Positions 60,317-64,000 of a stretch of 64,000 nt of DNA are shown one piece after another (within the stretch, counting starts at the first letter, position 1; the number at the start of each line of letters is the position of its first letter). Source of the DNA: Candidatus Poribacteria bacterium (GTDB lineage: Bacteria; Poribacteria; WGA-4E; WGA-3G); contig OZ251518.1 of NCBI GenBank assembly GCA_965242965.1, forward strand, positions 5,312,001 to 5,376,000. The letters are read 5' to 3'. The position numbers and the translations under genes are program-made. Under the pieces are notes generated by a model, which had not been told where the DNA came from, made no database searches, and saw only the letters and a program-made list of their open reading frames with translations.

Positions 60317-61135
60317 ATGAACCAAACAACCTTATCAAACGCCTTGCGAACAACAGAAATAACCACACCGACTCTCGCACCCGCGCCGCCGATTTCTCCG
60401 ATGTATTCGGTTAAATTGGATGGATTCGAGGGACCGCTCGATCTACTCCTCCATCTCATTCAGAAGGAAGAGATGGACATTCACGATATCCAGATCGCGC
60501 ATATCACTGACCGGTATCTGGAATACGTGAATTTAATGGAGCAGCTGGATTTGGACGTAGCGTCCGAGTTCTTGGTAATGGCGGCGACGCTCCTCTATCT
60601 CAAATCGCAGAGCATCCTCCCGCAAATCGTCGCGGATGCCGAGTATCCTATCGGCGACAGGGAGCAGCTCGTCGAGCAGCTGCTGGAGTATAAGCAGTTC
60701 AAGGAGGCGGCGCAGGCGTTAGATGTTTACGCCGAACGGCGTTCGTGGCTCTATGGTAGAAGCCCGGAGCTCCACGCCGAGTTAGATGGCAGCAAGGAAT
60801 TCGAGATTAAAGCGACGCTGTTTGACCTGTTGACTGCGTTCAGGAACGTTAACGAACGGCTCGCGTTAGCCGAACAGGAAGAGCCTTATGAGACGTTTGA
60901 AGAGGAGCCGATTACCGTTGAGGACAAAATCGCCTTTATTGAGCGGCAGCTGCTGCACGAAGATCAGCTCCTCTTTGACGATCTGTTTCCGTCGCTACCC
61001 GGTTCGCCGTCACATCACGCCGAACGCATCGTTACGTTCCTCGCCATTTTGGAGTTGGCGCGGATAGGGAAAATCGTCACGGTGCAGACGGGACCGTTTG
61101 AGAGTATCTATATCGTCAAAAAAGGCGCGGTTTGA
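60317..61135 (+). CDS. scpA: Segregation/condensation protein A
   Basis: FEGPLDLLLHLI, EFLVMAATL, VTFLAILEL. Confidence 0.93.
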   Translation: MNQTTLSNALRTTEITTPTLAPAPPISPMYSVKLDGFEGPLDLLLHLIQKEEMDIHDIQIAHITDRYLEYVNLMEQLDLDVASEFLVMAATLLYLKSQSILPQIVADAEYPIGDREQLVEQLLEYKQFKEAAQALDVYAERRSWLYGRSPELHAELDGSKEFEIKATLFDLLTAFRNVNERLALAEQEEPYETFEEEPITVEDKIAFIERQLLHEDQLLFDDLFPSLPGSPSHHAERIVTFLAILELARIGKIVTVQTGPFESIYIVKKGAV

Positions 61136-61297
61136 CATCGCGCCTACCGGGGAGACGGAGACGTGGACTTGTGCGTCCGTCCCCAAATCACCTGATAGGA
61201 ATCTTGATCATCTACCAGAAGGAATCGAGACCAGGAGGTCTCTCCTACCCAAATCACCTGATAGGAATTGCTCATGCTCATGGAGGCTGAAAATACG

Positions 61298-61906
61298 ATG
61301 AACGCTCAAAATTTAGCGGCAGACCTGGCCCCGAAGGCTATCTTGGAGGCAATTCTGTTTGCCGCGAGTGAACCCATCTCGGTAAAGCAGTTTAGGCACG
61401 CGCTGCCCGCGTTATCAACGCGCGAGATCCGCAACGGGCTTATTGAACTTCGCAACGATTACCAGGAGTTGCATCGCAGTTTCCGCCTCGTTGAAATCGC
61501 GAATGGGTATCAGATCTGCACTTGTCCCGAATATGCGGAGTGGGTTAGTAAGTTTTATACACGTCAGGTGCGTGTCACGCTGTCGCCTTCCGCGCTTGAG
61601 ACGCTGGCGATTGTTGCGTATAAGCAGCCTGTCACGCGCGCCGATGTCACCGCCATCCGCGGTGTCAATAGCGATAGCGTCCTCAATTCGCTTGTCGAGA
61701 AGGGGCTCGTTTGCATCGCTGGCAGGAAAGAGGGAGCGGGACGTTCGCTGCTCTTTTCCACGACAGACGCGTTCCTCCAGCAATTCGGATTGAAAGAGCC
61801 CGCTGAATTGCCCTCCCTTGAGGAAATTGAGGCGTTGTTAGCGTCTTCAACAGCGGAGGCAGCAGAGGAAGCAGCGAAAGAGAAAAATATGGAGGCGATA
61901 GAGTGA
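61298..61906 (+). CDS. scpB: Segregation/condensation protein B
   Basis: LEAILFA, LETLAIVAYKQPVTR, FLQQFGL; GGAGG RBS. Confidence 0.93.
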   Translation: MNAQNLAADLAPKAILEAILFAASEPISVKQFRHALPALSTREIRNGLIELRNDYQELHRSFRLVEIANGYQICTCPEYAEWVSKFYTRQVRVTLSPSALETLAIVAYKQPVTRADVTAIRGVNSDSVLNSLVEKGLVCIAGRKEGAGRSLLFSTTDAFLQQFGLKEPAELPSLEEIEALLASSTAEAAEEAAKEKNMEAIE

Positions 61907-63228
61907 TGAACTACGACGCGCGCTTCCAGTGCAGTGAAGGCTGCACCTATCCACTCACTGAAGTTATATACCGCTGCAGGAATTGCGATGGGCTGCTTGA
62001 AGTGCGGCACGACATGAACGCGCTCAAACAGCGCAGTGCTGACGACTGGAAATGCCTCTTTGAAAAACGTTACATGCGCACTCAATATCCCTACGGCAGT
62101 GGTGTCTGGGGAAAGAAGGAGCTGGTCTGCCCGAACCTTGATAACGAAAATATCGTCTCGATGTATGAAGGCGGCACAAATCTTTTTTGGGCGGAACGCT
62201 TCGGTGCGCAACTCGGACTCCCCGATCTCTGGATTAAGCAGTGCGGCAACAGCCATACCGGTTCTTTCAAAGACCTCGGGATGACTGTCCTTGTCTCAAT
62301 GGTAAAGCAGATTATCGCCGATGGCGGTGACATTCGCGCCGTCATGTGCGCGTCCACCGGCGATACGTCTGCCTCCTTGGCGGCGTATGCATCAGCCGCT
62401 GGTATTCCGGCGATTATTCTTTTGCCGAAAGCAAAGGTGACGCGCGAACAACTTATTCAGCCTATTGCTAATGGTGCGCTGACGCTTTCGCTGGAGACAG
62501 ATTTTGATGGCTGCATGGAGATTGTCCAAAAACTCGCCGCCCGAAAGGATTTCTACCTCGCCAATTCCATTAATTCCCTCCGAATTGAGGGGCAGAAAAC
62601 CATCAGTATTGAGATAGTTCAACAGTTCAATTGGGAAGTGCCGGATTGGGTTATCATTCCGGGTGGCAACCTCGGCAACGTTTCGGCACTCGGGCGCGGG
62701 TTTCTGATGATGCTAGAACTCGGCATTATTGACAAGTTACCGCGGATTGCGTGCGCGCAGGCGGAACGCGCAAATCCGCTCTACCGCAGTTACCAGACAG
62801 GTTTCACGGAGTTTCAGGCTATCACCGCGCAGCCCACACAAGCGACAGCCATCCAAATTGGCAACCCTGTCTCGATTCATCGCGCCATCCGCATCTTGAA
62901 GAGGTTTGATGGCATCGTAGACCAGGCGAGTGAAGCGGAATTAGCGGATGCCGCCGCGCGCGCCGATAGAACCGGGCTGTTCAATTGCCCGCATACCGGT
63001 GTCGCCCTGGCGGTGCTTATCAAGATGATAGAACGCAAGCAGATTCTCCCGGACGAGAGAGTAATCGTCATCTCCACGGCGAATGGTCTCAAATTTCCGG
63101 ATTTCAAGGTGGGGTATCACCATGTCGCCCCTGGCGAACCGCCGCCGCGTTATCTCAACGCGCCGGTAGAATTGCCGGCGGATTATGACGGTGTGCTTCA
63201 GAAAATCTCCGCGCATCTGGATACCTAA
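61903..63228 (+). CDS. thrC: Threonine synthase
   Basis: HTGSFKDLGM, CASTGDTSA, RIEGQKT, PGGNLGN, CPHTG. Confidence 0.93.
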   Translation: MMNYDARFQCSEGCTYPLTEVIYRCRNCDGLLEVRHDMNALKQRSADDWKCLFEKRYMRTQYPYGSGVWGKKELVCPNLDNENIVSMYEGGTNLFWAERFGAQLGLPDLWIKQCGNSHTGSFKDLGMTVLVSMVKQIIADGGDIRAVMCASTGDTSASLAAYASAAGIPAIILLPKAKVTREQLIQPIANGALTLSLETDFDGCMEIVQKLAARKDFYLANSINSLRIEGQKTISIEIVQQFNWEVPDWVIIPGGNLGNVSALGRGFLMMLELGIIDKLPRIACAQAERANPLYRSYQTGFTEFQAITAQPTQATAIQIGNPVSIHRAIRILKRFDGIVDQASEAELADAAARADRTGLFNCPHTGVALAVLIKMIERKQILPDERVIVISTANGLKFPDFKVGYHHVAPGEPPPRYLNAPVELPADYDGVLQKISAHLDT

Positions 63229-63368
63229 TCCTGAAAATCGGTAAATCCTGCGTCAAATTTGCAACAAATCTGCAAAATGTGTTATCATGATAAAAACGTA
63301 GATAAGGTGGAAACGTCGCTCGCGTAAGTTTTCTACCTTTTGCCAACAACAAAAATAGGAGTCACTGA

Positions 63369-64000
63369 ATGCCAGAATTGTATCAGCCAAAGCCGGAACA
63401 TAAATTTACTTTTGGATTGTGGACGGTGGGGAACCCCGGCCGCGACCCGTTTGGGGATGTCGTCAGGCCTCCCTTGGCTCCGACTTATACCGTTGAAAAA
63501 TTAAGCGAATTGGGTGCCTATGGTGTCAACTTACACGACAATGACCTGGTTCCCTTCGATGCTTCCGCTGCGGAGCGCGATAAAATCGTCACCGAATTCA
63601 AAAAGGCACTCAAAGACCATGGGCTAAAAGTGCCGATGGCCACGACGAACCTCTTCTATCATCCGATTTTCAAAGATGGCGCGTTTACCTCGAACGACCC
63701 GAGGGTGCGGGCGTTCGCAATCCAGAAAACTTTGAACGCGATCGACCTCGGGGTGGAACTCGGCGCAACAGTCTATGTCTTCTGGGGCGGCCGCGAAGGC
63801 GCGGAAGTCGATGCCGCTAAAAACGGACCCGATACCCTCAAGTGGAACCGCGAGGCGATGAACTTTTTCACGCACTACGTCAAAGACCAGGGTTACAACC
63901 TCCGATTCGCATTGGAGGCGAAGCCGAACGAACCGCGCGGCGACATTTACCTGCCGACAACCGGACACATGCTCCACTTCATTGAGACGTTGGACCACCC
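63369..64000 (+). CDS. xylA: Xylose isomerase (class I), truncated by window end
   Basis: Not in ORF track; [29 protein letters not shown]...HDNDL...WGGREG...EAKPNEPRG; AGGAG RBS. Confidence 0.93.
   Translation, partial: MPELYQPKPEHKFTFGLWTVGNPGRDPFGDVVRPPLAPTYTVEKLSELGAYGVNLHDNDLVPFDASAAERDKIVTEFKKALKDHGLKVPMATTNLFYHPIFKDGAFTSNDPRVRAFAIQKTLNAIDLGVELGATVYVFWGGREGAEVDAAKNGPDTLKWNREAMNFFTHYVKDQGYNLRFALEAKPNEPRGDIYLPTTGHMLHFIETLDH

Overview
64-kb bacterial chromosomal window. The signal-peptide WD40 proteins, AAA+PD-(D/E)XK paralogues and dense GTAG-REP repeats suggest a sponge-symbiont-type genome such as Ca. Poribacteria (inference only). Core genes: two vWA/GATase-like membrane proteins, a CYTH protein, two Gfo/Idh/MocA oxidoreductases, a split cytochrome-c maturation locus (ccmE with CxxxY, ccmF, two Cys-rich ccmH-like genes, ccmA, ccmB), 2-oxoacid:ferredoxin oxidoreductase alpha/beta, eno-ftsB, a DegT aminotransferase, an IMPase, two WD40 proteins, a cyclase, a tRNA nucleotidyltransferase, an M50 protease, scpAB, thrC and a partial xylA. 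The main accessory feature is a pair of convergent type III-like restriction-modification loci flanking eno-ftsB, each with PIN genes inserted between mod and res. Locus 1 has a mod frameshifted at a G8 tract (possible phase variation), followed by a separately promoted, mosaic array of three [ABC-type DUF3696-like ATPase + PIN] pairs with variable central regions. This is the best candidate for an undescribed RM-embedded sensor/effector defence system. Locus 2 carries a PIN toxin fused to an antitoxin-like module, plus a stand-alone copy of that module. The window also has a MITE-like family (TGAGGGTGTTTCATA termini, 6-bp target duplications) carrying variable REP cargo, and REP palindromes inserted in frame inside protein genes. 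No rRNA, tRNA, CRISPR array or transposase was found.
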